Shown piece by piece: positions 1-12,848 of a stretch of 64,000 bases of DNA (the first letter of the stretch is position 1; each line of letters opens with the position of its first letter). The translations under genes were made by a program, and so were the position numbers. Source of the stretch: Ptychomitrium polyphyllum (lineage: Eukaryota); NCBI GenBank assembly GCA_973851085.1, contig OZ316775.1, positions 6,138,001 through 6,202,000 on the forward strand. Reading direction: 5' to 3'. The notes below the pieces were generated by a model, which did no database searches, was not told the DNA's origin, and saw nothing but the letters and a program-made list of their open reading frames with translations.

Positions 1-3000
1 TTACTTTGTCTTTTTAATTCACTATTCAATATTATTAAAAATCATCAACCTGAATTTATACCTATACCTATCAAATTTGTACCAACTTTCCTTTGACATA
101 AGTGTCTAATTAATGTACTTGAAATCCTAAGCCATGTAGATATAATACACTTTCTTTTTAAATGAAAAATACAAATATTATTGTATAGCAAATTACAAAT
201 AATGTTGCTTGTCTAATTTGTATATCAAAAATTAAAAAATCTATACCTTTACACTTCTAGCACATGTATTATTGACATTGGAATAAACTAAAGTGAAAAA
301 AAGAATGCTTCATTTACAAAGGGTTTAGGATCTTTGTCTTCTTTTTCCTTCTTAATTATTTTCTTCTTATAAATGACCTAAATCCAAATTTCCCCTTATG
401 AAATTTTTGAAAGAAAAAAGAACATTATCTGTCATTTGTTATACAACAACGAATCCAAACAAAAAGGAATTTTTTGCCAATGCAATGGTTCATTGAAATT
501 GGAAGTTTCTATTCACTGCATGAGTATGTTTTCTTGATGTTCCTGCCAATATCCGCAACAGAAGTGCATCTTCTATCTCTGAACATTCTTTTTGTTGGAG
601 TTGTGGGTTTTGAGCCTTGACAGTTTGTTCTCATTGACCAGCTGACTTAAAATGTGCTCACTGGGATTTGACAACTTGACATCGTCACAGATAATCCTTC
701 TAAATCATTCCCTCCTCCACAAGTTGCACCAAGGGGAGGAAAAGGAGGAAAACAAGTACTGCCTTGGAAAATTCGCAATCTGTATCAGTATCAGTGCATC
801 ACTGAAGTTCAGCCTGTCAAAAATACATTGTCCCTTTCTAAAAATACTGTTTATACTGCATTCCATATTTTCAGCCTTAAAATCTTGCATGCACTGGACC
901 CCGCTTTGTGGCTTGTGTATATGGTTGTACCACATCTTAAGGAACAACTACGTTTTCAACAACATTCAATGGACTCCTTGCCTATTCAGCAGTCCCTCTC
1001 TGATGATAGGAATACTAGTCATACTTATTAGACTAGAAATTTAAAATGCAATAGACATTAGTCAAACGCATTAAAAAGGTGTACAGAATCTATTTGAATT
1101 CAATGATATTCTTGTAGAAAAGTTCAAAATCCTTTAATATTTTTTAATTATAAATCCTACTGAATCCTATTGAATCCTTAGAATAATGGATTAAAATGAA
1201 AATTATGAGCTTTTTCAAACACAGTTGTACCATTTAGATGTCTCTTAGTGCATTAGAATGTATTACTAGTGCATTATGATACGTTTTTGTAAAACCAAAA
1301 TCCAATTTTCTAAATATTGATCTGATTTTTTATTTATAAATGTTTATGATGGTTTTGGTTGTTCCACCAATGAAATAAGTAAATTTAATCATTTATTGAC
1401 TTTTAGTAGGCCTTTACTTAGCTTCAAATCGTAACATGAAGTGGCCCTTATATTTATATATATGTACAAACAACATACTTCATTTTTATTTTGTATGAAT
1501 GTAAGGATATGAACAGTTCCAAACAGTACGATTGAAAGAGACTTCGACTTAATCTTAAACGACAATGGTGATAATTCTTATTGTAATTGACCCTTAAAAT
1601 TTAAAAATAAAAATAAATTATATGGCTTCAAAGTAAATCATCAAAAAAGGTTGTTTTCTTTTTATTTATAAATTTCTTGATTTTGAATGATAGAAGGAAC
1701 ATGAAATCAAAGTTATGTGCAGAAGTTTCTTAAAAAACATTCATTTAATGCATTTTGATTAAAATATACATAATCAAATAAAAACTCAAGGATTTAAAGA
1801 TGGTTAAAGGTTTGTTGACTTTCAACAAAATCCAAAAAATTACAATAAGAATTACAATAAAGGATAATTATCTTACTAGTTAACAATTCTAATAGATAAC
1901 TTAGGAAATCTAAGTAGGAATTATATTTCAAAATATTGGCTTGAAATAGATATCAAAAGTACTAAATTAGCTCTTAGTAATCCAAATGACCAATTTAGTT
2001 ATAAATTTTTAATCAATTAATTATAAATTCAAAATAATCAAGGCAATCTTGGTCAAAACTTTGTACATACATATTGTGACAATGATCCAATATGGATTAA
2101 CTAAACAATTTAAGTGGATACAAATAATATAGGATTGCCTTATTTTTAAATAGATCTAATTTTGACATCAATCAAATCTTCAGAGCAAAGTGTACATATG
2201 AAAAAGTTGGATTTAAAATTTTTCAGTGTTTGGATTTAGAATCAGTTCATTTCTATTTTAATGATTTTAAAAATGATATATAACAATGTAGATATAAAAC
2301 AATATTTGATTTTATTAGTTTTGAATATGTAACTTTAAAAGAAGAATCATGAATTTAACTTTATTAATAAAAATTGGTGTAAACTAATAGTTTAATAATT
2401 TAAGATTTATATTAGTGCACATTAAAAAATAAAATTAGAACTACAAACTATTGCACAATTTTAGTACTATTTGCATTTCTTTTAAACAATTAGATATGTA
2501 GGAGAAAAAAAATTATGCTTATCTTAATACTTTAAATTTATGGAAAAATCAAGTATACGAATTTTTATTTTTTCAGATAATTGTGTTCTTTGAAAAATAA
2601 ATTTTAAAAGTAATGATTACAAATTATCTCAATACCTCTATGAATGCAAAAAATCCTTAAAAAATGGTGGTAAATACTTCGTATGCATAGAATTGAAAGG
2701 TTGTTTTTCTTGGAAAAAACTCTATTGAGAATATCTTCAAATTCAGCTCTTAATTTTAAAGTCTTTTCTAAAATAGCATCTTTTACAACAAAGATAAATC
2801 TAAATACAAAATTCTAAAATTAAAGAATTAATATAAGTTATCAATACATATATGTGTACAGAATATTACATACATACACATACTTATATACATGAAATAT
2901 TAGTATGAGATTTGAAAGATAAGTGTAAGACCTTAGTGGAAAAAAATTAAATTTTAACATGGTATTCATACATTGTAAGTAAAACCGTCTCATATTTATT

Positions 3001-3140
3001 AGAGGTCCGTGGCTGCGACCTTTCAGTTGTGGTAATGGAATCAAAGGTAGGTGTAAATGGAACAATGAGTGGTGACAATGAATGAAAGTTGAATCAATGC
3101 AAATTTTAGAATGAAAAATAGAAATGGTAATGGGTTTGGT

Positions 3141-3176
3141 ACATGATGGTATCAACTACCTTTGATACCATCATGT
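3141..3176. repeat. Perfect 15-bp inverted repeat with 6-nt loop
   Basis: ACATGATGGTATCAA-ctacct-TTGATACCATCATGT. Confidence 0.9.
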
Positions 3177-3323
3177 GTACACATCATGTGGTAGTTATCC
3201 ACTGTTGATTGTATGGTTAATGGAATGGTCTACCATTGATTTTGAGATTTTTCAAAGAGATACTTTGAAATGTATAAATTATTTGAATATTTTAAAAATT
3301 TCAGTAAAAATATTTTTCAGTGC

Positions 3324-3458
<135 letters not shown>

Positions 3459-4964
3459 TGAGATTTTATGGTATTATTTGTAAAAATAGCTTCCCTTTCT
3501 TGTATTGTAATGCAGTATGAACAAATAATGCCAACATCCATAATGAGTACTTAACAACGTCTTATATCAATAATATATGATGGAAAGTGCATGTAAACAT
3601 ATATTTTTTCTTGATAAATATCACATCATCAAATGCACACTTTGTAGTACCAACCAAAAATACGTAATCAAATCCACTACTGCAGGCCCTTCTCCCCCCA
3701 CACAACAGGAGACTGGAGTTCCCATGTCTAGTATTGGGGTGTTTTATCTTAAAGCAATATTCTACATACTTTGTGAATTGGATTAGATGAACTTGGATGA
3801 GGTTATGCATACCTCAAGTAAAGGAATGCTTTAATGACACTAGATGTTTTGGTTTGCTACCATTTGTAAAGTTCTTACCAAGCAATATGTATAAATAAGT
3901 ATTGCATGCAATCGCATGAAAAATATGTATAAAGTATTGCATGTATTGCATGTATTCCATGAAAAATACATGGGATCTACATGTCATCGCTGCAAAGCTT
4001 GGGTTTGTCAAGGGACACCTAAAACCAAGGCCTCTACTCTTCACCTGCACAATTTCCTAAATACTGACCTTTAGCGTCCAGTTTCACAGATCTCCAAAAT
4101 ATGAGATAAGGCTGACAAGTAAGCGGTCAGAAAGCCTAACATATGGATTTGAATTGTCCAACATTTTAGGTGAGCAGCATCAGATCAGACCTGCTAGAAC
4201 TCAAAAACTGGTCACTTTGACCTCTCAAGTTGATGTCCCCTACTCTTACCTGAGGTTGGGGAGGAAATAATTAGCCGAGTGTAAATTCTGAGGGAATTGG
4301 AAATTCAGGGATTGTCTGTGTCCCTAATTATTTTTAAAATACCACAATTAAGAATTCAATAATAAGTTTGAAATTTCTGTTGATTTGCCTGATATTTGGA
4401 AATTCCATTTTCTTCATTTCCTAGTGATATACAACCAGTGCAATCAATTAAACATGTAACAGCTGTAGTTTTTTGTGAGATGTGGAAGTGAAGAGGTAGA
4501 ACTTTTAGTAGGATTTATAAAAATCAAACCACAGAGTATATGGGATAGTTATCAAGAAATTTAGTTCAGAGGTAAGCTACTCACAGTAAAAAGAAACTAA
4601 TAAAGGTGGCTTTTGTGGTATTTAGACTCCCTTTATACATTGTAAAATAATATTTCTAAAAGTTTGTCGAAATAAGAAAATATCATAGATGAAGGTACTT
4701 TTTACTTCCAAAAAAGATATTTGTAATTTTGGATTTCTAACCAAACATTATAGCAAAATCCAAGGTAAAAGTAGAAAGACCTAGTTTGCATATCCATTGT
4801 TTGAACTTCTTTAGACCACTATTCTAATTGCTACTATAAAAATCATAAATTTTTAAGAATTTTTATAAAAATATGAAGCATGTTTAAGTATGGAAACACT
4901 TTTTAAAGACATATGTTGAAGTTTTTAAAATTACATTGTAAAATAATCTAATTTTAAATTCTTT

Positions 4965-5614
4965 TTGTATATAAGGTACTTAAAGTTTTGGAACATTAAA
5001 ATAGTTATTTTGATCCAAGAACATGGTAATGATTTTGCTTCTTTTTATAATTGCTTCATTGGAAAATTTGCAATAAGTCAAATTTTTTGTCTAATGGTTC
5101 AAATTCATAATTTCAATGTTGTTCATGAATACAATATTTTATTCTTTAATTATATGACCTTGCACTACTTTCCACAATATAACATTTAACTATTACTTCC
5201 AATATAGAACATCTGATCTAGCACTCCAATAGTAGATAATATTTGGTAAAAAACTAATACTTGGAGAGATGTTTAATATATTAACCTATAATGTTGATCA
5301 TGGTGCTATGCAAAATCATCAGCTCTATATCAACAACTCCAATGAGCCAATTGTATTTTGAGTATTACAAAAATATTGTACTTCTTTAAGATGCATTACA
5401 AACTTCAATGTCATGCAATAAGATTCATGAGCAATTTAAACAATGTAGTTTATCAAATATTTTATTACAAATGATTTTTCTTCAAATAATATTTCTACAA
5501 CATATGAATCACCTTACATGTTATAGATGTATTCATGACGTGGTTGAAAAAGTAAGGTGGAGTATTGAATGCATATATGCTAATTTTGAGTGTTTCTTTT
5601 TTATGGGAATATAA
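4965..5614 (+). mobile_element. Highly decayed PIF/Harbinger-like (DDE_Tnp_4) transposase remnant
   Basis: Scattered fragments FYNCFIG, DHGAMQ and EKVRWSIECIYANF appear in the order of the Harbinger-type motifs NCxGFIDGT, RHDAGML and KVRVSVEWxFG. Many stops, AT-rich. Weak, recognised by eye. Confidence 0.3.
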
Positions 5615-8600
5615 TTAGTTTTTCATTTTGAAACACTTTTGTGTCATTTAAATATATTGCAATTATTCTCCAAATAGAATAGAATTTCAACCCCTTAATG
5701 AAATTTTAAATCTAACAACATTATTATTTTTGAAGTATTATACATTTATATAGAAACAAAATATAAAAAGCTCAATTGTACAACCTTCTAATGAACTTAT
5801 TGCACATGATATGTATCAATTTAAGACATGAAGCTATTTAAAATGAAGAGTGTAATATTTTTATACAAATTTAAGATTTAAGAATTTTAATGGAAGTGTT
5901 TTTGAATTAACTACTATTAATAAACATACTTCAATGAGAATCCATCAATTAAAAAGCTGTTTGACATTATTTTTAAAACACACTATTAAAAAATCCATTA
6001 CAAATAATGGATGTATCCCAAAATAGCTTAATTTCAATAAACAAAAAAAAGTTCAAAATTTTTAAAACATTGTGTTCCAATATGATTGCCAAATATTTAC
6101 AACTTGAGTTTCTTTGCATTGAAATTAGATCTAAATTTGAATCAACCTAACAAGTATTTATTAAAAATGTATATTAGATTAAAGTTGAATAGTTCCTTGA
6201 ATTTGAGTTATTTTATAAAATTTGTAGTTAGTGGCTTTAAGAATTAAGATTAATATGGTATAGGCTATATAAAGTGAATGATATCAAGATGTTCATTGTT
6301 GGTTTAAAAAAACATAAGATTTATAGTTGAAGTGGCATTTGTTGCTTATTTATATCCTTATTAGCTTTTAATCCCTCCTTTAGTATTGAACCATTAACCT
6401 ATCATCTAATCTGAACAATTTCTCATGCATTTTGTTCCATGTAGAAGCAATAAAATAATTGGAGACATTTTTTCATTAGCTCAAGCATCTTGTCAATTTT
6501 TAATGATTGCAGCATTTAAAAAAACATATGAACGTCTAAGGATCCAAATTTCTAATGAATCCAAACAATATAATTACATAATTTGAGATATAGAAATTAG
6601 TAGCTCAAAAAAATTCACCATGTATTATACAATATGTTTTAGAAATGCGTGCATTTGACACATTTGACGAATATTGTTTGTCATATTTTAATAGATGTAT
6701 CTTCACAAACATACATTTTAGATAGCATCAACAATTACATTTGCATAAGATACAAAGTTTCAAAGCTTAGAAAAGTAGGTATGCACCACTAAAGCTTATA
6801 GGTGATTTTCACTCTATTTTAAAGCTTTACATCTTTATAAAAACAAAGTTTTGACATGGAAATTATACGATGGATTTTTCTTCTTAAATAACCATCTTAT
6901 CACACTTTAAATAAGATAGCAAGTTGTAATAAAAAAAATTTGACAATGTAAAATATCAATTAAACTAATGTTAAATGAAGATTACAATGAAAAGTCAAAT
7001 TTTGTGTGAATACTAGATGAGTGTCATTGTGGTATCTTCCAATGTCAAGTGGATTTTATACAAGTAATTGATCAAAATGTGGTTGAAGGTAAAAATGAGA
7101 AGTTAAAGAATTATACTTGCGGATGATGGACTTATTAGTTTAAAAGATGTTTAGAAAAATGGGCAAACATGCTATATTTCAATCCAAAGTTTTACCTTGT
7201 AGCTTAGATTTTATATCATTCTAACACTAGTGTTTGGTCAACCCTCCAATATGGAATCAAGTTAGGAATTAAATTCAAAACATATAAAACTATGTCCAAC
7301 AAACAATCAAGAACTCTAAATTTAAGTGAATAACATAGATTCCAATGGAAGGTCACCTGTGCACTAGTTATAGAATATTTGTTCATTTCAAACCTCATAG
7401 GAGCCGAGATGAGATACCAGTTCCTGAAGAATGTTGTACTTTGATTGAATTCAAACAATTAAATTAAACTTTTTCCCTTTCTTCCTCCATCCTGAATGCC
7501 AATTTCCCCATTGAAACTAACTTTAATTCCAACTCAATGTTTTTGTATGCTTTTACCCAGAAACAGCATGCCACACCCAGAATTCTAGAAGCCAAAGAGG
7601 ACATGAGCTTCCTCCACCTGAGACGGTTGAACAAAAAGACCCTGCTAGAGTGCAAGAATCAAAAGTAATAATTGTGCTGGGACAGGGCTTTGCCAATAAT
7701 TATCCAAACCTTGGCCCATAGCACAATGCTAGGGGTCCCCTTTTCTCTTGTATGGCCCACATTTCCCACATCCAATCCTACTCAGTAAACTGGGGTCCAT
7801 TTAGTAAAGGCCACAGGAAAATTTGAATTTACCAATTTTAAATGAACTTTCTAATTGCAACAAGCAATCTTTGCTGTCTGTTGCGCTGGGGGAAATAGTT
7901 TACCAACAGGCCTACCTGACATCAGCACTGCCACATCTCAAGGTCAGCTTTCCCTTTGCCTCCAACTATCCAATACCGTTCAGGATGACGTCAGCGCCTG
8001 CCACCTCACATAAACACATGCACTTCCCAGTCCTTCCCAAATTGGGAAACTTCAATCTCAGTAATCAATTCAAACATATAATTTATACACCATGTATCAA
8101 TACCCTATTACCATATAACCATATTACCATATTCTTATACATAAAATCACACAAAGTCCCCTTAGTGAATAGTGACGAGATGAATGCTGGAGTTAGCATA
8201 GCATTCTTGTACAGAATATTGGTCTACCCTTGGGTAACTAAGCATACTTGTAATGGCATGGACTTTGGAAATTCACGTTAGAAATGTGAATCATGGTTAT
8301 AGGATAATGCCTTCCATTGTTCAAGAATGCTATGTAAGGGATTATTTCAGTTTATATGGACATTTGTAATTCATGGATCGTGATCTTCCAAATACATGTC
8401 ATGTCTACTCCACAATACAACAATAAAATAAAAGTATAAAATAAAAGATTCAAACATGCCAAGTTAAAACCGACACGAATGTAAAATATATTACACAATT
8501 AGAAACACAGAAGTGTACAAATGAAAATTCTTGCACAGAAAAGAAATTGTACAGTACTGAATTTAAGCTGCGTCTCAATTGATAAGAAAGAATTCAGGCT

Positions 8601-9446
8601 GTAGCCAGATCTACGATCGTTGAAATGAATGCCAACGTGGGGTAGTCCGGAGGGAATCCTCACATGCACGACACATACACCGTACAAAGAAACGAAACCC
8701 TCAACGAAACGGAAAAGATAAAAAGAAACAGAAAAAGAAAGAAAACGCAAGGGGGAGAAAGAAGAAAGAAAAAGCAAGGAAAGAAGGAAACCGCCGCGAT
8801 AGTGGCGACGCCGCGGCTGCCTCGCGCTGGCGCTGTGAAACTCTCGCCAGAGCGACGCAACAACGGTGAAAGTGGAGATTTCTTGTGAAAGGCTGGAGAA
8901 TCTCATCTCTCTCGATAAAGGACGCCACTCTGTTGGACTCGGCTACAGCGCAAGCGAGGAGTGGAAACCATCACAAGTCCTCTCAACTCTCCTCGCAGTT
9001 GGGTGGCTGGGTTTGTCGTGCCCAGAGGTTGAGTGATTCCTTCCCCCTTCTGTCGCATAGCGAGATCTCCCTTTTACAGCGCCATCTTGTAGTTTTCACG
9101 GATCCTTTGCAGCAGTTACCGCGGAGGGAAAGCCGGAAAGCTTGGGCCCTGTACCGGACGTCCACTTGTGTGCCAGTCTACTTGTGTTTGCGCCTCACAT
9201 CCCCTGTGCCTCACTCATCAATCATAGCGGTCGAGAGGAGCGCAAGTTCTCTCGTAGATTGTTGAGTGTTTTCTGGAGTTAGAAAGAGTTTTGCATTCCA
9301 GTTTCTGGTGCGTCTGGAATTGTGGGTGTGTTGGTAGGAGTTGGGTTTTTGGAGGCTTTGGAAGTTAGGGCAAGGAAGAGGGGTTTGTTTTCTGTGGGTG
9401 GCGTTGGCTTTGGTGGTTTGGAGAAGGTGTTGTAGGTATTTTTTTA

Positions 9447-11259
9447 ATGGGCATGAAGGCTGTGATAGTGGCGGAGCCGCCACAGCCAGTGGTGATATGT
9501 GGGCCGTCGGGGGTAGGCAAGGGAACGCTCATCGGGAAGTTGATGAAGGACTTCCCTGAGAAGTTTGGGTTTTCCGTGAGCCATACTACGCGGAGTCCCC
9601 GAGTGAAGGAGATTGATGGAGTACATTACCACTTCGCCTCGCGCCCTGTGATGGCGCAAGAAATCAAGGAAGGAAAGTTTTTGGAGTCCGCTGAGGTTCA
9701 CGGTAACTTGTACGGGACGAGCTGGGCTGCCGTTGAGGCTGTTGCCGAAGCTGGCAAGGTACGCCATGATGCGAGTCTGTTTTGTGGATTCCTTCGTGGC
9801 ATGGTTTAGCGGTCGATTATCTCGATGTGGTGTTTTATGTACTTATGTGCCTTTTCTTCTCTAGCAGATTTGTATTCTGGACATAGATGTCCAAGGTGCG
9901 CAGGCCGTGAGGAAGAGTGCCTTGAAAGCGACGTATATTTTTATCAAGCCCCCAGCTCCTGAGGAGGAAGAACTTGAGAAGCGTCTTCGAGGAAGGTTAG
10001 ACGTAGCTGCTGATTCTGCTCCGAGCATCCATTTCTTGCGTTATGAATGTGATATGAGCATGTGTTTCACAGAGAGCTGGGTGGTTGAAATAGCCTTTAC
10101 CTGCGTATCAGAAAGGTGTTTGTCTTCTATTCAGTTGTGGTGACCTGCTTTTGCAGCAAGGGTGTATTTTTGCGTTTTTGAGATTTCTAGGATGGTGAGA
10201 TCATTGGAGAACAAATATTTTATATGTGAACACAAAGGATTTTGTCCGTCGTATTTCAGGGGCACAGAGACGGAGGAGCAAATTCAGAAGCGACTGAGAG
10301 GTGCTAAGCAAGAGCTTGAGCGTGCTAAGGACTCAACTCTGTTTGATCACATTCTCGTCAATGCTAACTTGGACCAGGCTTACGAAGATTTGAAGGTGTG
10401 TAGTTTACGATCATTTTCACAATCCGTGAACTGTGCATAGTTGTTAGGTGATCGTGCACGATCTGGTATGCAATCTAGCCATTCTGCAAGATCAGGGAGG
10501 ACTTGTTCTACGTTTGTGTTCCCCATGTTGCTTCGCAGCATTTTCTGTTTCAAAATAGATTTTTTTTGTTTTGTCATATGCTGCAGGCCTTGCTAGGTCT
10601 CGGCAGTCCGGCTGCGTCTGCCCATTCCAATGGCACTGCCAAACATCGTATGATGCTTCTCCCCATCCATCTCATTGTTCAGAGATTACTGGATCTGCGT
10701 GGAGTAGCAGATGACTTCTCAAATTACGTCCTTTGTTTTTTGAGATTTTCTATTTGTCGGTTTTCTCGTGACGAACTGCAGAAGCTAACGAAATATTCCT
10801 TGTTGTGCAGTAGTAAACGGATCAAAATTGCTGTCAAATGGTTTCTCAGCTTCGGAAAACGGCTCTTCCACGAACGGTCATGAGTGAGTAGCTAATTCAA
10901 GCTTATTATCGTTCATATCTCGTGCGTAAAAGGGATATTCCTTGATATATTCGCCAGAAATTAAATCTCTCGATTTGTTGTCACTCCGGTCTTGTCTATG
11001 ATCCTTTTTAACGGTCTTCTGGTGGTAATATTGCAGGTCGGTGTCAGACCACTTTAAGCATACAGTTGGGTCTCCAAGGACGAATGGGTTGTTCATGAAT
11101 GGTTCTCATCAGTCAAAGTCCAATGGTGTGATGAAACTTTCCAATTCTATGTCCGGAAACTACAGCCACTCTTTGCCAATACTGACGTCATCAGATCTTT
11201 TGGTTGGCATGCACTCTACAACGGGGTCTCCCAGAGTCAAAGGAATTTCTGCTTCATAA
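9447..11259 (+). CDS. Guanylate kinase, 6 coding exons (9447-9758, 9868-9995, 10260-10395, 10587-10647, 10811-10883, 11037-11259), ~310 aa with a low-complexity C-terminal tail
   Basis: P-loop [11 protein letters not shown], signature [45 protein letters not shown] and [13 protein letters not shown]. All five introns are GT-AG and the joined exons (933 nt) stay in frame to TAA at 11257-11259. Confidence 0.95.
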
Positions 11260-12767
11260 CCCCTAGTGCTGCCCCTGGATTGTTGTAGGAAAAGAACCTT
11301 AGGTACTGTTGTACCTCATTCATTTACGTTCTTCTTTTAGAGGACGCAATTCATCTTGGAGGCGGGTTCATGTGCAACCAGCAACTCTTTAGTGCCATTT
11401 AAAATCAAGAGTAGCAAGCATCTGATTTCCAGTATGTTTTACCAGTTTTAGGTGCTAGTAGGTAGCCAAAAGCCCTCTATCCTTACCGATTCCCCAACAA
11501 ATTCATATTCCAGAATTTGAGCTGGTGTCATGAAGTATATCATGACAGCAAGTTCTTGTATGGGCTTGCTCCTGCATACGCAAGAATCGCCAACAAACTC
11601 TCCTTCTGCCACCTAGTCAGTTACGTTGTTCAGGTACCTGTGCTCTTGAATGGAGGTATCGTGGCATCAACGGGGTAGCTAACAAACAAGGCAAAGTAAA
11701 GATTCTTTGATTTTACAAGCGAGAGGAGAACAGTTAATAGGCACTCTGGCCTCTCGGTCATTTTTTAATTGAAGCGAATCCTCATGCAACTTCAGGCTTC
11801 TGAACTTTATCCACTTTGAATTGGAAGTTTTCATTTGAAGTCATTTCCTGTATTTAATTGTTTAGAGATCATGCTTTTGGTCATCTGGTTTTTCTCGAGT
11901 GGGATACCGCAATACAATAGTGTAGTTAAAGGTAACTCTGTGTTACCATAGCGTCATAATTATTCGTTCTCGCTTGCTTTGGCAAGATTTCTGTGGCATA
12001 ATGACGTACTCTTTGAGATCATTCTATTGTAGTTTACTGCAGACCTCAGTGTTAGTCAGCGCAGATGCCCGAGAACGTTCCAGATCTGAGCTTCTCACGC
12101 AACTGGAAGACTTTGTTAGACAGTCGAGTACTACTGAGCTTTCTGTATTCCACTTTTAGGTTCTCTTTTCTTTGTGTACTATTGACTACTGTTCGCAAGA
12201 AGACTTCCGTCATGAGAGAAAGTTGCTCACGTACTGTATATGATTATTTCGACTTTACCCGCCACCTGTAATGTCTGCTTCCATTCTTTTCACACAAAGC
12301 AATAAGGTAATGGTGTGTATTACTCGTGCACTGCCCACCTACCTGATTGATGATTTGTATAACTCATCACAATAGGTCTAAAGAATTTTTTAAAGTCCTC
12401 TCTACTCAACTGTGGATGATGCACTGAATATGAGTATTGAGTACTTTTCTCTTGGCGGGCATTCGTAGCTTTTTTTGGAGCCAACCTTACGTTCTTTCAC
12501 TAAAAGAGATTCTCACTTCATGGTCTTCTGTTTTCGGCAATTGCTTGTTTCCTGCAAAGAATACAGTTCTTAACTACTGTTAACCTTTGTTCAAGAAGAT
12601 AGTCCTATTGGTGTAAACTTGGGAACCATTTTGTAATGGCTGTAATGACTTATTTAGAAATCTACTATTTGTGAGTGAGCAAATGAGGAACTTCAGCGGT
12701 CATAATATAGATGCACTAGAAACAAATCAATGTCATAAACAATTTATCTTGTCTAAAATGAACATTT

Positions 12768-12839
12768 GTGGCTGTAGTTTAGTGGTGAGAATTCCACGTT
12801 GTGGCCGTGGAGACCTGGGCTCGAATCCCAGCAGCCACA
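12768..12839 (+). tRNA. tRNA-His (anticodon GTG)
   Basis: GTGGCTGTAGTTTAGTGGTGAGAATTCCACGTTGTGGCCGTGGAGACCTGGGCTCGAATCCCAGCAGCCACA folds as a cloverleaf (acceptor GTGGCTG/CAGCCAC, anticodon loop TTGTGGC) and matches the plant nuclear tRNA-His type. Confidence 0.97.
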
Positions 12840-12844
12840 TGCGC

Positions 12845-12848
12845 TTTT
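12845..12848 (+). terminator. Probable Pol III T-run terminator of tRNA-His
   Basis: TTTT 5 nt after the discriminator base. Confidence 0.55.

Noticed and set aside
470..1044. Moderately GC-rich patch with 67-130 aa ORFs
   Set aside because: In-frame stop, no consistent exon chain and no recognisable motif; at most an unidentifiable relic.
8499..9767. ORFs upstream of and antisense to guanylate kinase
   Set aside because: They derive from the A/G-rich promoter, the GC-rich 5'UTR and the antisense shadow of exon 1.
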